Assembly (NCBI GenBank): GCA_036172245.1
Contig: JAYWIR010000007.1
Span: forward strand, 2,604,001 to 2,668,000
Direction of reading: 5' to 3'
Length of the DNA: 64,000 nt
DNA from: Raillietiella orientalis
Lineage: Eukaryota
Shown here: positions 11,321-24,729 of the stretch, piece by piece
Layout: every line of letters begins with the position of its first letter
How positions within the stretch are numbered: position 1 is the first letter of the stretch
The notes under the pieces: model-generated
The model's input: the letters and a program-made list of their open reading frames with translations, nothing else
The model's database searches: none
What the model was told of the DNA's origin: nothing
Program-made: the position numbers and the translations under genes

Positions 11321-11850
11321 TTCCGAGATCTCGGAGTTTTCTCAGGGAATTCCGAGAAATCCAGAGGGGGGTCTTGAGGCTAGCCCTCGTATACCCACCT
11401 CGTGCCGAACTCTTCGCCACCGGCGTCCCGTCAGGTAATCCCCCCCTCCGCGCTGCAGGATAACCCTGCTATTTCTCTTTCCAGAGATGTGGCTTGAACG
11501 TCCACTGGGAGGTGGGTGGGGGTGGGGGTCATGATGAGCTCCACTTGTACGAGGAGGCCTACTTCTGAGGAATCCAAGAGGCGAACCGCGCAAGCGCTGG
11601 AGAGCGCCTCTCTTCCCAAATGGGCCTAAGAGACCGGCGGTGCCACGAGGAAAGACCACTTTCGCTCGGGACATCCCGGGGTGGAGCGCACTTGTTCTCA
11701 CCAGACAAGCAGCAGGCCTCCAGGCTCCGAAGACAGCACCGATGCAAGCCGGAAACCGGATGCCTCCGTTGACTGGCCGGGATTGGAAGTCGGTCCTCTG
11801 GGGTCCTTCCAGGAAATCAAGGAGCCGTTTTCTTTCAAGGTTTGCCTCCG
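11321..11850 (-). mobile_element. Possible decayed L1/Tx1 ORF1 (RRM-like) fragment
   Basis: Minus frames give RPAACLVRTSALHPG...LLGPFGK, LLVQVELI..PTHLP and GEEFGTRWVYEG*PQ (TAG probably from CAG, giving YEGQP). These resemble Tx1/L1 ORF1 motifs. No CCHC knuckle follows. Confidence 0.35.
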
Positions 11851-14800
11851 GTTATGAGAATGGGGCCGATCTTCATTGCGTACCATGGAGCTGGTTGGTA
11901 CCTCCATCGAGGGGTTGCCTCTTCAGGGTGTAAGAAACGAACCTCTTCCTTCGGGTTCCCTCCCGAACGTAAGAGGCAAGGACTCCTTTCACCAGAGCCC
12001 TTCCTGAGTACAGAGGTTGGCACCCTCCCGGACTACTTTCTAACTTGAAGCGTCAACCTGCACCCTCGGATGGAGTGGAGCCTTCTTGAAGAAGAGAACC
12101 TTGTTGAAGGACGGTCGTTGAGTACTTGACGACACGAGTGATCTTCCTCATTAGAGAAGATTTCGCTCTCAGCAAGTAAAGCAGAATTCGTGTTGCATTC
12201 CTCAAGCATTCAGGGAAGAAGACGGATGCTTGCTTGGATATTTATAGACAGATTGCACCAACGATAGTGGGAATCCACGAGGAAGGACGTATTCGAGAAG
12301 CGGCTTCGTAGGTAATCATCATTGGACGAGGCAGCAAGGTGAACGATCCGAGAACCTCAGCAGTTGTTTGAGCTTTGCGTAAACATGTCAACAACCAATG
12401 ACTGGTTCTGGAGCATGCACTCGCGTCACCAAGCAACGAAAAGCTGAAACTCGCATTGGGAACCAAGAAAACTGCTTTCGAAATCACGCCTCATTTTAGA
12501 TCGTTTCATTCTCGATCCCTCCGAACCAGTTGAAACCTGCGTAATCGCTTAGTATAGATTCATATATGTGGATCGTAAAAGTAGAAGATAATCGATAGCA
12601 TGTCATCTGGTTCCAGAACGTGTTGGGCCAAGAGTTGTTCTTGCAAGAAACTACCACTGAGGCCTGTTCGGAAGACAGGGTGGTTGAGGTCACGGTGCGC
12701 TGCCGGATTTCGTGCAACCAGCAGAATCGCGGTCCCCATGGGATCGAACGATCTTTATTCTTGTTCAAGGGATCCACTGGACCAGCAAGCTCACGGGATG
12801 TTCTCACGGAGCCCTTCTTAACGTCAGACGGCTGGCTCTATTGCTGCATTTGCCGTTGCCACCACGATCCGTGCCGACGGCGGTTCCAGGAGCGCTCTCA
12901 CCCAAACCCTTCCGCTTTCTCCGTCGCGAACTTCCTCTTGCTGGCCGGAACCCAGGGAACTGACATTTCCCAACAACGGAACGCTGGAAGGAAGGAGCAA
13001 TCCTGTTCTGGGGTTTAAGTGCTTCTCCAGATTCGGTCCTCTCCTCAAGGGAGTTCAGAGAGTCTCCTTAGGGGATTACGACTCCTGTGGTTGCATCCGC
13101 ATTACTACCGACAGCAACCACAGCACACCTTCCGTGGGATCCGACGAGCGCCGTAACCCGATGTTCGGCTCATCCCAGTTGCAGAGCCAGCTCCACCTAC
13201 CAATACTGGCTCAATAGGGGTGCCCATGCATCCCTACCGACCGAAATTCAGCGTTCGGCCAAAGTTCGGAAACCGAAGAAAGGTTGAGACTCAGAGATTT
13301 GGAGTTTGAGAATAGGTTGAGCTCACTTGGACTCCAAGGACGTAGCCATTCGCTTTACCGATGAGACTCTGTTCTCATTCCTCTTCGATGGGCGCCGGCT
13401 ATCCAGACGGAACCTTTGGATGGAACCGTTTCCAACCAGTCCCCATCCCATGGTGATAGAAACAGAGGAACTTTCCTAGGACCAGGGTTCGATTCCAAAT
13501 TCTCGGTCGCTGGATCTGCGGCCAAGAGGGAAGCAAAGCAAAAACTGGGAATCCTTCGACTTGATTTCAAATCGCCTGTGCCTCTTTTTTTCCCTTTTTC
13601 TTTTTTATGAAAATAAGGTTGGCCGCCATCATATAACGCAGCGAAACCCCCTCTGTTTCTTCACCCCTATACGGATACTCCCTCACTATGGTGACAGCAT
13701 CCTAGATTTCAGGAAGGCGGTGAGTCTGCCTCACGGAATGCGGAAGCGGAGGTTCTTCCTCACGCTCCCTGTTGAGAGGTCGTTCGTTTCCTCATATTTT
13801 TTTTTTTCCGAAACCACTTCGTTATGATGAGTCAAAAGAGCTCCGTCCAGCGTATTCGATCCCCAAAGGATTCACTCCCAGCTTAAGTAGTGCAAGAGGG
13901 GATTCAGGAAGGGGAAAGGCTTGCTGACTTTGAAGTGTCAAAGGGTCAGCACCTAGTGCGCAGGGATCAGCAGGCGATTGCAATACTTCAGTTTGCGTGT
14001 GGTTAAAGATGACCACTTCATCTTAATTTTGCCATTTTTCCAGAGGGAAGCAGCCGAACATTTTTTTAAGGCTTCTCCCGGCTGCCCGCGACCGTGAGAG
14101 CACAGAAAGATACCCAGTTGACCCAGCTGACGAAGAATGAAGCCGTTGAAGACGAAAGGAATGCATTCGTGAGCGCAAGTCGTGTTGCAGAATCAGTAGG
14201 GAAAGGTTTCGTTTAGGCAAGTGTAAGATTCGGTCCCTAGATACGAGCTCCAAGGTGATGTCTTGTGAGATCAAAGCACAAGAAAGAAAGAAATCCGAGA
14301 GCGATGCTTTTGAGCCTTTGCCCCAGTCTCAGCCTTGAGATTCGTATCTTCTCAGTGACAACAGACATCGCTTTGACCGATAAAGTCACCACATGGTCAT
14401 ACGGCTATCTCCCGGTCAGAGGTGCCCTGCTGCTCATGATGTCTTCTCACGAGTGCTCTTGGCTTCTAGACTCCGATACAAGTCTATCATGCTAAGGAGC
14501 AGAGCATCTATTATGCTTTTTTCTTTTGACATGGGAGAACGAACAAGGGACAGAAGAAGGGGTCGGGAAGGAACCTAGTTTTCCTGGTTCCAACCAAAGT
14601 ACAACGACAGGAAGAGAATGTCACTTTCAATGAAATTTTCCTGTTCTTGTGAAGCTATCGGACAGTGGGTGCTGATTTTGGATAGAGGCATTCTCCAACC
14701 ATTGACCGCCGTTCGTTTCATCACCTCCTCCAGCGCCAGAATGATGGCAAGAGTCAGTCTTCTCCGTTTCCTCACCCGCCGAGCCGCATTCTGCACCAGG

Positions 14801-15322
14801 GTCAAAAGGGGTGGAGTGGGTGGCATTCCTGATGGGACTTTTTGTGCGCACGTCATGTCTTCTGTGCTTCTCTGCAGACTTCGGCTCACAAGAAATTCCG
14901 CAATCTTTGCAATGCGGTGGCGACACCTTCGCTCGCTCCTCAGAGCATCAACAAAGAGATCGGAAAGATTCTGGACCTGTGTTCCAAGATGATGCCCGCT
15001 GCACCTTAACTAAGATCTTTTCCAGAGAGATATTCAGCAGTTTCTGTTGATGCTCTTCAAGAAGTTCCCAGCAGCATTTTTGGTTGCGTGCAGGTGATAC
15101 CTTTTTGTTACCAGGGTCGGTTTCGGCACCTTGGTGTGGAAGGTTCTGGAAATTCTCCTTTTCCTTACCAGCTGGAGCTTCCACCCTCTTCACAGAAACA
15201 ATCAAGGAGAGAATTTGCAAGGTGGACCTTCTCTCCTGTCCTTTAACAGTTGAACGGGCATCGTGATTCAAAGCATATCCCTTACGGCAGAAATGGTGCA
15301 ATTTTTTTTTCTTCCAGATTTC

Positions 15323-16500
15323 CACCCGGTGGCTCGAGGACATTTATTTTATGAAAAAAGTTTAGCAAGCAAGTTGGAGAAAAAGCGGTTCTAGAAACAA
15401 AAACAAAAAGAAGTTCCTTTGGTGGGTCCACGGGCACGCAGGTCGAGATTTCCTAAGGTCCAGAACGGGAGGAAAGGGAGTAGAAATAAATAAATAAACG
15501 TGGAGGCTGGAAACAAGGGTCTTTGTTGTGTCTCGCTCCTTCCTGAAAACCTGGAAAAACTCTGGAACGAGTGGGAGAGGGAAAATTGAAAAATAAATGA
15601 ACAAAAAGATAAAGGGAAGGTGAGGACAGGGTCGTCGATGATCTCCTCCTTGACTCCTAGGTGAGGTCACCTAGCAGTCGCCCTCATGTAGACGGCTGCC
15701 ATGAAGGTGACCCTTCATTGCACCCGAAACTCCAACAGATGGCGGGCCGTGACGATGGCTCGGATGCAGCATGTCGTCTCAATCGCGGCTCCTGCTGCGA
15801 CTCCATATCTCGCGAAGAATTGCCGCAGCAAGTCTTTGGAGGCGTCTTCGGGATGAAGGGCTGCGAAATGTCCTCGAGGGCACTGTAGTTCCAACAATAG
15901 GTGAGGGAACGATTCGGTCGCCCGAACATTTTTAGGGTGTAACTGCCCCGGAAATCAGGTGCCTGTGCTGCTTGCACTGGAGACTCCGGTACGGAAACAA
16001 CAGGACATCCCGTTTCCACCTCAAGGGGGAAGTGTTCACGCACAAGGAAGGGACAGCGAGTTCTTCGAAGGCTACATTTAACAGCTCGCTCCAGCAGAAG
16101 CAGTCCCTTCGCCCGAAGTGACGGCATCCACCGGTTCAGTCAGCTTACAGCCGACCAGAAGTTTGCTTCTTCCTGAAATAGTTTCTTCCATCCCTCCGGT
16201 GGGCAACTGTCGTTGTTTGCCCTTAGGGAAGAAAGTGCTGCAGCAAGGGGTGTGACGGCCAGGTGGGCAGACTTCGAATTCTGCAGAATGTCTCCCAATG
16301 GAAGATCGTGGAAGGAATGCAAGGGACGGCGCATTTCCGTGTTGATTGCAAAGTGGAAGCCCAGGAGACGAACCGTATCCTGCCGCCGCGTTTACGAGTT
16401 TGTTGGGTGGCAGGAAGTCCAAGAGCGGGCTTCCGGGATCGAGACAAGTCGCTTGAGCAGGAAGCCAAATCCCCGCATTCCGTATCGCCTGCGTATCGCA
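15323..16500 (-). mobile_element. L1/Tx1-like LINE 3' fragment
   Basis: Minus frames: LKWKQDVLLF, ESFPHLLL, TTCCIRAIVTARHLLE, AAVYMRATAR*PHLG. The UTR is homologous to 35950-36035. Terminal AATAAATGTCCTCGAGCCACCGGGTG at 15348-15323. The 5' boundary is approximate. Confidence 0.75.
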
Positions 16501-17399
16501 GCAATGCTTCCCTTGCAAGTGCCTTCCTCATTCCTTCAGGCATCTTTCTCCCCTTCTCTGATGCACTGCTTGTCATGCTGCCTCCTTGCTTTCGCGTGGT
16601 AACTCCTCACCCTCGCTATTTTCGCTCAACGCAAAGATCTCTTTCTTTTTGGGAAGCTGAAGAAGATGCTCTTGTGCGGCTTTGCTGAATGGACTCCTTA
16701 AATTTCTTCGAATCTCTTCTATGGGCATTGACAGTAAGACTCTTGTATTCCTGTCCGTGACCGTGAACGGTCCAACCGATCGTTCCCGATGGCTCCTGAA
16801 GGTCTTGTGCTTCCAGCGGCTAAAGCGAGAACGTATCTTGGAAAGCTGTGAACAGCACGGAAGGACCAAAACCCTCGGGAGTCTTCAGATCACAGGAGAA
16901 TTTAGCTGGGATTCTCTACAATTCTCAGAAGGACGGATGGTCCTGTGGAAAAGTAAGCAAGGCTTCAACAGGCACAGGAGGAAGAAGAAGCAATGATGGA
17001 TGTGGGCCATCTTTGTTGACGAACTGCCGGTGCGCACACTCCAAAAAAAGAGGATTCATGCGCTTCCTAATCTAAAGCATCTCGTCCTGACTTCATTAGC
17101 TCTAGAGAAAGAAGTTGCCATGGAAGAATAACGAAATGGAAGATGAGCTGTTGGATTCCGGAGACCTCTTAGCTCTACGGAATGAGTCGGCATTTAATTC
17201 TTCGGGAAGAACCTGTGGAAAGACTGCGGCCATGAGCACGGAACAACGGTAGCAGCATCGTAGAGGATCCAAGATGCCACAAAGGGTGAGTAATGGATGG
17301 ATGAGGATGAGGTGCAGAAGAAGCACCAAATAATTTGATCACCGTAGACTGAGAATCTGCCTCCCGTTCTCTCTCCGATCCTCCTTTCTGCGGCCTCCA

Positions 17400-19400
17400 C
17401 TGCTACTCCTGCTCTTCATCCGGAGGAGAGGGCTGCACCCAGGCAAGAAAGAAGGGAGACGCCTAACGCACGAACCACGAAACCTCTCCTCCTCCCTGCC
17501 CTCCCTCCCGCTGCGGAAGGAGGCCACTGAGTCTGCAGGCCTGCTCTCTCCCTCAGCTTTGCTTTCCCATCTCCTCTCTGCTCCCCTGCCAGACTCCCTC
17601 TCGAGAGGATGACGATGGCCGCCGTGTCCACCATCGAGGATGGGCAGGTAAAAGGACGAGAACTGGGGTGGATGGGGGTGAGGGGGTTGCCGCCGTTCGA
17701 GACTACGCAGGAAAGGAGAGAAGCGGTAGCCAGAAGCGGAGGAAGGTGGTTCGTTGATTCGGGCGCGAGAGAGCGCGCGCGTTCTTCCGCGAGTCTCACA
17801 AAGCGTGGCCTCCCCTGCGCCGCCTCTCCCTCGCCAGTGTGTTTTCCGCGCCGCGGACGAGCGGAATTCCTTCTCGAGGTTTTATAGGCTCTCCATCATG
17901 CCGGGAGCCGTGGGAAGAATGCGGAGAATCGGGTGATTCGATATTCCAGGAAACGTAAATAATCAAAAGACGCCTACATTGTTGCACCCTCGTTGCTTGG
18001 CAACTTCGCTTTGCGTTTCCTCCCTCGCACTTTCGCGCTCCCCTCCCTGCTCCTCTGAGTTCATTCGGATGGAAACGCACTGGGAGTCCGTCTAGACCGG
18101 CTGCCCACAGCCTCCTCCTTTTCCCGTGGTTCCTCCGGAGCCGACCCGAGAGACAGTAGCGGCATCTCCGCAAAAGCCAACTGTCCACCCCTTGGCGGAG
18201 CTTCCGGATGTCTCGGGCGGCGAACAGGCAGAGGGAGCAGGAGGACACCAAGGGCGCGGAGGGGGAAAGAGGAGGTGAGTCGCCTTCCCGCGGGGCGCCG
18301 CGCCAGTGGAGCCTCACTTAGCGCGCCAATGGCTTCAGCTCTCGCCCGCCCACGAGGCCGCCTACCCTCCTTCCACGGCGGGGCGCTTGCGTCCCGGCCA
18401 TCCCGGGAGCGCTCTCCACGGGCGGTGCCCGTTATCTCTTCTTCCTCCCCTTCCTTCTTTTCCGCCTCTCTGCGGTTAGTGACGTCATCCCGAGCTGCAA
18501 CTATGCGGCGAGGAAGAACAAGGAGAGGCTTCTGCTTCCTACCGCCTCCAGCTGGCGCTCCAGGCTCCGCCTTCTTCCTCTGGAGGGAAGGGTTTCATGC
18601 CGCCGTTCCCGCATGGCATCGGTAACGGCGGCGGCCGCCCGAGGCGGGAAGAAGCTGCTAGCAACACCGAAAATCCAGTGGCTGCTCCGGAATCATTCCC
18701 GGAGAAATGCAACGCCCGGAGTCCAGGGGGTCCCTCCTCTCAAGGGTGGGGGGATGTCGACCATTGCGACAGCGATAAGCTCAGCCTTTGGGTGCCAACG
18801 GGAAAAGAGTTTTCCCTCCCGTACCTGGCAGCCTTTCCGAATCCTCGCTCTACACAGGGACAAGAGGGGAGGGTCATCCAGGGAGCACCATCATTCGCAG
18901 CAAGACGCGCCTCTTCCCGCCGAACGGCGGGCATGGGGAAGGGCATCCTGGGCCCCGGACCAGCGGTGATCAGGTCTGGGCCGAGATCCGCGAGATACAT
19001 CCAAACAGACCCTTCCCCTTCCGGTCAACCGCTCGCGTCCTCCCCCGTTTGACCAGGGGAAACAGCGCGGAAGAGAAAGCACACGCGTCGCCCGCGGTGC
19101 GGTGCAAGGGGCTGAAACGTCCCTTCCTGTCCCTCTCTTCTCGAGAGGGTCCCAAAGCACATGCAGGGGGTTGCGGTTTTCCTCGTGCTGTTACCATCTT
19201 CCCTACCGTGGAAGCGCTCTCGCAGGTGAGTGCAGTGACAGGACCGGACAGGAAGAAGGCAGCTCCTCTCCTGGATAGGGAACGACTCCTTCCTGGATGT
19301 CCACACGCTTTCAACCTAATTTCGTTCGTGTGGAGGCTCTTCAAGAGTGGCGGCGGACCCGAGTAATCCTCGCTCGGTCGTGGAGGAAGACGTGTCGTGC
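17400..19400. promoter_or_regulatory. GC/CpG-rich promoter-like island with candidate plus-strand 5' exons
   Basis: Visibly CpG-dense. CCAAT at 18326, TGACGTCA at 18480-18487. Donor-like sites: CAG|GTAAAA (17648, after ATG-initiated MTMAAVSTIEDGQ), GAG|GTGAGT (18275) and CAG|GTGAGT (19226). Confidence 0.3.
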
Positions 19401-21939
19401 TGCAGACTCGCAGAGCGGTGCGCAAGCGCCCGGCTACCCCTCTGTCCCTCATCGGACTCTTGCAGATACCTCCTGCGGACCAGCTGCGGACCAGCAAACC
19501 AGAAACCGCGCGGAAAATGAGACCGAATGCCAAACCCGGAGAAGCTGGAAAGAGAAAAAAAAAAAAAAAAAAAATCCTGCTAGGTGAAGAGGGAGGTGGT
19601 CTTCCGATCCTTTCCTCCTCCCACTTTGCTACGCATAAAGGATATATGCAAGAAAGGCAGCATGTGGGTATGCCGTCTACCGCCTGCTTCCGAGACCGAA
19701 CGGCCTCCTTCCCTCGCAACGAGGAAAAAAAAAAAAAAATCCGCTCCACCTTCCTCCTCTCCCGCAGGGAGAGAGAAGTTCTCTCTGCTCTCGGATGCAT
19801 GCAGCATTCCCAACCAGCACACTCTCCTCTCCGAGTGCTGCTCTGAACTGCACTCGTGTAGGATCCTTCCTCAATCTTTCTTTTTGGGGCACTTCCAGGA
19901 CTCCTCGTTTCTTCCTTTTCCTCTAACGAACAGTCCGTAGCACCCGAGGAAGCCCCTTCGTGATTCCCTTGGAATTGGAGAGTGAGGTCGTGCTGCTCAG
20001 GCAATGCAAAGCACCGGAAGATTCGGAAGCCGTCTCCACGGGCAGCTCGGTGGAGGAGAGGTCGGGGGGAGGGAGACCGGCTCGACCACTGCCCCTCCTC
20101 TTCCTCTCATTTCTGCTTGCATCCTTTTACGAAGACCCCAAATTTCCTATCAGCAGGAGGAGCCGAAGCGGAAACGAAAGCTGGACCACCGAAAGGGAGA
20201 GACCGGAGTTTGGGCATGGGAGAACAGGTGGCACCTAATGGTCACCTGCATCCCGAGAAAAGCCAGATAGGTCAAGAGCATCCACCACACGCGTGGGGGA
20301 AAGACGCCGGAAAAACTCAGCGGAACGAAGGAACAAGAACAAGCTGTGAAGAAAAAAACAACAACAAAAAGCAAGAAAACAAACGAGAAAAAAAAAAAAA
20401 AAACAAAAAAAAGTAAAGGGGGAGGGGGGAGGGAAGGGAAAGGGGTGAGGGGGCTTGCTTTCTGTCTCAGAAAACTTCACCAGATAATGACGAGATGCTG
20501 GACCGATTGCACCACCGCATGCTGATGCTATTCTCCTTTCTCAGCAGCCGAAGGATCGCCGCTCTGCAAAGGTGCTCTCGTAGCGCGTTCCCACGGAGAA
20601 GTGATGATGCAATAGGTTCGCGTGGGACGATGGAGCCCCTCCGTGATGGTCTGGCGCTGCCTGCCTTTTGCCTTCGCCATCCTTGCCCACCAGGACGGTT
20701 GCTTCTCAGGATGTGTGGAGCGGAACACAAAGGAACGTTCAAATGGGAACGAAAGGGAACCGTGTTAAGTACCGGGTCAGGGAAAGCAAGAACGCTGCTC
20801 TGTTCCAAAAGCACGTAGTCAGTGTGTGAAATCTTCTTGGACTTTGCTTATGCTGATGCATTGTGGTTTGAACGCCATTACTGTTTCATTAAGATCCATT
20901 GATTTCTGAGGAGAGGTCGCATGCCTCCTTCCAGAAACTGAAAACAGGCTATATGTCTCCTGTTTGCTCACGGGACCCATGTTCTTGAGAGACACTGCGC
21001 ACATGGAATGTCCGGACCAAAACTGAGATACATTCTTCATCAGACAGCAATCGCTAAATTGTTTGTGAAGAGTTTGCTACCTCTCTTTCCAAGAGGTCCC
21101 AAAAAAAGGAAAAGGAAAACTATAACCAAGTGGCAACGCAAGCGAGTAAGCTTTCCAGTTTATTTTGAAATTTCTCATCCCAGGCAGTCAAAAGAAGAAA
21201 AAAAGATGGAGGCTTCATGGAGGCTAAAATTTCCATCTCGAACCTTCCGCCTGAAAATCCAGCCATCACCCATGACTCCTTCCCCAAATATGGGGTGTTC
21301 AACGGGGACCAGGCAACACACAGGGATTTAATGGGAACCAGAGAGAAAATTTAGTGGGCAGCTCGGCGCGCTGCCTGCGACCGTGGAGCGATCCACGGTG
21401 GAAGGTGTGCTCCATGGAGCGGGAGAAACGAAACGGATGCGATGTGAGGGAGGACCAGCCCCAGACAGCTAGCAGGCGAAACGGGGAAGCAGCGGCAGGG
21501 CGCGAGATTCGGGAGACGTGGACAGGGAACAAGAAGAAAAGGAAGCAAAACGAATAGAGCCGAAAATCCACGTTCCGAAAAATAGATCAGGTTGCTACGT
21601 TCCCCTCCCGTGGCAGCCGCCGTGCACGTGGAAACGGCGAAGAGTCCCCGGGCAGAGAGCACTTCCACGGAATCCCCTGTGACACCATTCATGCAAGAGT
21701 GATCAGCCCGTAAGTGATTGCACCAACTCCTCTGTCTGTTCTCCTTTCCTGTCTTTCAGTCGTTTCTTCAACCCAACCTGCACTCGGTTTCCTCTGGAAT
21801 TGCGAGGAAAAATTGTCTTCTTGATCCCCAAGGACGGCGGGGACCTCGAAATTTATGAAGGATATTTAGAATCTCTCGAAATTTAACACCGAGTTCTGCA
21901 GGTATTCCTGCGATTCATTGCAGGAAAAGGTCTGCATGG

Positions 21940-22277
21940 ACGACGAACTGCTCCAGTAGAAAGTTGCTGTGATAAAAGAATCCTGCGATGGGAGACGCTT
22001 TATTACTGTTGACTACCTGCTGATTGTTTATGGACATAGTTTAGAAAAATTTATCACGACCATCTGCATAATCACCAAAGAAAGCACTGAAGGGCGGTAT
22101 AGGAAGCAATTATGGGGATCCGATCACGCGATGAAAATAGGATACAGTGCTACAAATTGTATACTTTCATCATGCACGTCACAAAAAACGAATAAAATAG
22201 TCATCTGCTACTGTTCGATGACTCCAGAAATACGATCCTCCACTGTACTCATGCTGCTCGGGAAAAAAAGCACCTGA
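21940..22277 (+). pseudogene. piggyBac-like DDD transposase relic (central catalytic region)
   Basis: KESCDGRRFITVDY..SLEKFITTICIITK..MKIGYSATNCILSS..QKTNKIVICYCSM is colinear with remembered piggyBac motifs RNITCDNWF..LTIVGTVR..SMFCF...TLVSY.PK..K.V.LLSS. An in-frame stop lies just upstream. Confidence 0.45.
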
Positions 22278-24729
22278 AAGGCTTGAATTCAAATAGGCTG
22301 AGGGGGGGGAGAGCTTTGAAAGGAAATCAAAACTGCTTTTGGCAGCGTAGCCCTTTGATAAAATGTGAGATTTTCTGTTCTTCGTCTAATCCCACCATGA
22401 ATTACCAGTTCAGTAGCAGTTGTTGTTGTTTCTCAGGATGTTTGAATGATAATTTGTCAGGGGGCTGTTTTCTCGAGGCTTCTTCTCCTGTTGGGTGAGT
22501 TTCTCGTATAGCTCGCTGCTGCGGAAGATTTAGATTCCGGATATCTTTTGCCTTACAGCTCCTGCCGTTTAACGTCTAGATCTGTGTGAGGTAAGGAATG
22601 ATGAGGTGAGACGAGGCGAGTCGGTGCGAGCAAACCTTCCTTCCCATCACGTCCAGGGAAACCCGTGGGCTTTGTTTGTTTGAGTGACCCACGGGAGTGC
22701 GCATTGCAGTTTCTTCTGATATATGCCAGTTAAAATGGTACCACCGCCGGACAATGGGTCTGTTTGATCCACTTCCCTCACCGAAGTTCCACCAGCGTGT
22801 TTGCGCGCAGCTCTTATTTTAATTTTCCTTCGGGTGATTTATTTATTTGTGTCGAACTCCGCTTCTCATTGGCCCAACCGAACTTCACAGCCGTTCACGT
22901 CCGAAAAACATGGCAACGACAAAGCCAAGGAGCACTTTGGGAGGAAAAATCCTTTCTTCACCGTCGAGTCCTCCATCCCGTATGCTCAGAAGTCGAGGAA
23001 AATGGTCTCGTAAAAACATTGAATGCAATGCAAGGAGTGGTAGAAAATGGTGGTGAACGTTGGTCGTTAGGTCGAGGGGTTTTCGTGGTGGCAGCAGTAA
23101 CATTCCTGTACAGGCGAGAGGCATGCGAAAATGGAGGACAGAGAAAAGACAAAGGAAAAAAAAAAAGATGCAGCTTTTTCTCTTTCTAAGAGGGAACTCG
23201 TCACATCAACAGACGAAAAGAGGAGTAAACTTCAGAGATGAATGGGAACCAGGAAACCATACGAAAGATAACACATTCAAACAGGACTGTGCTTGGAAAC
23301 TTTTGACCGCGCGGCTTTCTGAGAATGAAGATGCATGATGTCGTAGTCTGAGTTCTTCATTTTTGCTTCGTGCTGACTCGGATGCAAGGTCAGTTGCCAA
23401 CAATTCTGTTTAACAGCAAGGTCTTCGTGGCAGCAGATTCTAAATCTAAGCGCCAGTGTCTATCTAACATGTCATTCATTCAAGAGTTCACTCACCCCCA
23501 ATCACTGCTATGAGGACCTTTCTGAAGTGGCCTTCAGTAACCAAAGGAAACTGTGCCTGTTTCCCGGTTTGTTCCGGACACATGGCCATCGGACAACACA
23601 GAACACGGTTGTATACTTCACGACGGTGGTACTGATGCTGCGAGGTGAACCCATTTCTCAGACCAGGTGAATTTCCGGAACCTCTTCCGCGCGTTTGCTC
23701 TAGGAGTGAGCTAGGATCCGCTCGCCTTTCTGTTTGCTGCCATGGGCACGGAAGAGAGGGCAACGGTCACCTCATCTTTTATGTTACAATGTTGGGAGTT
23801 GTTTCTTGCGCAAACTCGAAACAAAACAAGGCAGCACTCAAAGAGTTGTCTTTCAAGGACCGAGCTAACTAAGAAGCCTACCAGTCCAAATGAAAAAGCT
23901 CTGGATCTGGAACAGGACAGTCGGCAGCTACACCATTGACCCGGAGCTGCAGACTGGAACTGGGTTAAACCGGTGCGTTTCTCTCTTCAGCTATTCTTTC
24001 CAGCCAGAAAGTGGCACGCTCAAATGGACACCCGAGAAAAGAGAGGCGTATATTCGCGGCAAGAGCTTGGAAGAAGATGGCTCCAGATATTTCGAACCGC
24101 TGAGATTCCTAAACCGAACTGTTCATTCTGCTCATCCGATCCTGAAAGCGACCTCTGATACCGAAGCTTCTAAGAGCTTCCCTAAGAAATTCACAAAAGT
24201 TCCACGGTGAGTTTTGCCCTTCCGCTAAGAATCTTGCCGATCCAAGCTCGTGCACAGGGTGAGGAAAGATCTCGTCCTGCCTGAGGCTGGAAAAGATCCA
24301 ATCGAACGTATGGACGGTCTTCTGCACCCAACCAGCAGGCAACGAGCTCAGACCCACCTGATGCACCCTTGAGGAATCGCTTTCCGCGATCCTCTCCGTC
24401 CGTGGGAGGTAGCCAACAGACAGCCACGTGCGGAGTCTGCAACGGGTAAATCCGAAGGAGGGCAAAGGTGGTGGCGAGTTGACGAGCATCCCTCGTCGCT
24501 GCCTGGCCTCGTCCCCAGCAAGGGGAACCACGCCAATGTCCCGGAGGCATGCTGCAGCCTATTCAAGGCACAACGGCAGCCTTCAAGAAGGCGCACGCGT
24601 GAAAGAAACGCAGTGCCGGCGGCACACGCTTGCTCCCTCGATAGCCAGCTCGCGTGATCGGCCTCGGTTCTTTGGGAGCCCGGAATCATAAAAACGGCGC
24701 TGCTCTGAAAAAGAGGGAAGTTTCGAGAA

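Noticed and set aside
13085..13123. 10-bp stem CTGTGGTTGC/GCAACCACAG
   Set aside because: Too short for a pre-miRNA and has no supporting context.
13450..13510. tRNA/SINE-like B box GGTTCGATTCC at 13486-13496
   Set aside because: The T-stem pairs for only 2 bp, and no acceptor stem or cloverleaf can be drawn.
18970..20004. 344-aa minus-strand ORF
   Set aside because: Poly-F runs come from poly(A) tracts; low complexity and no domain.
24350..24450. VCWLPPTDG...GAS resembling the start of a plant L1 RNase H (minus)
   Set aside because: Single weak motif, with the catalytic Asp absent.
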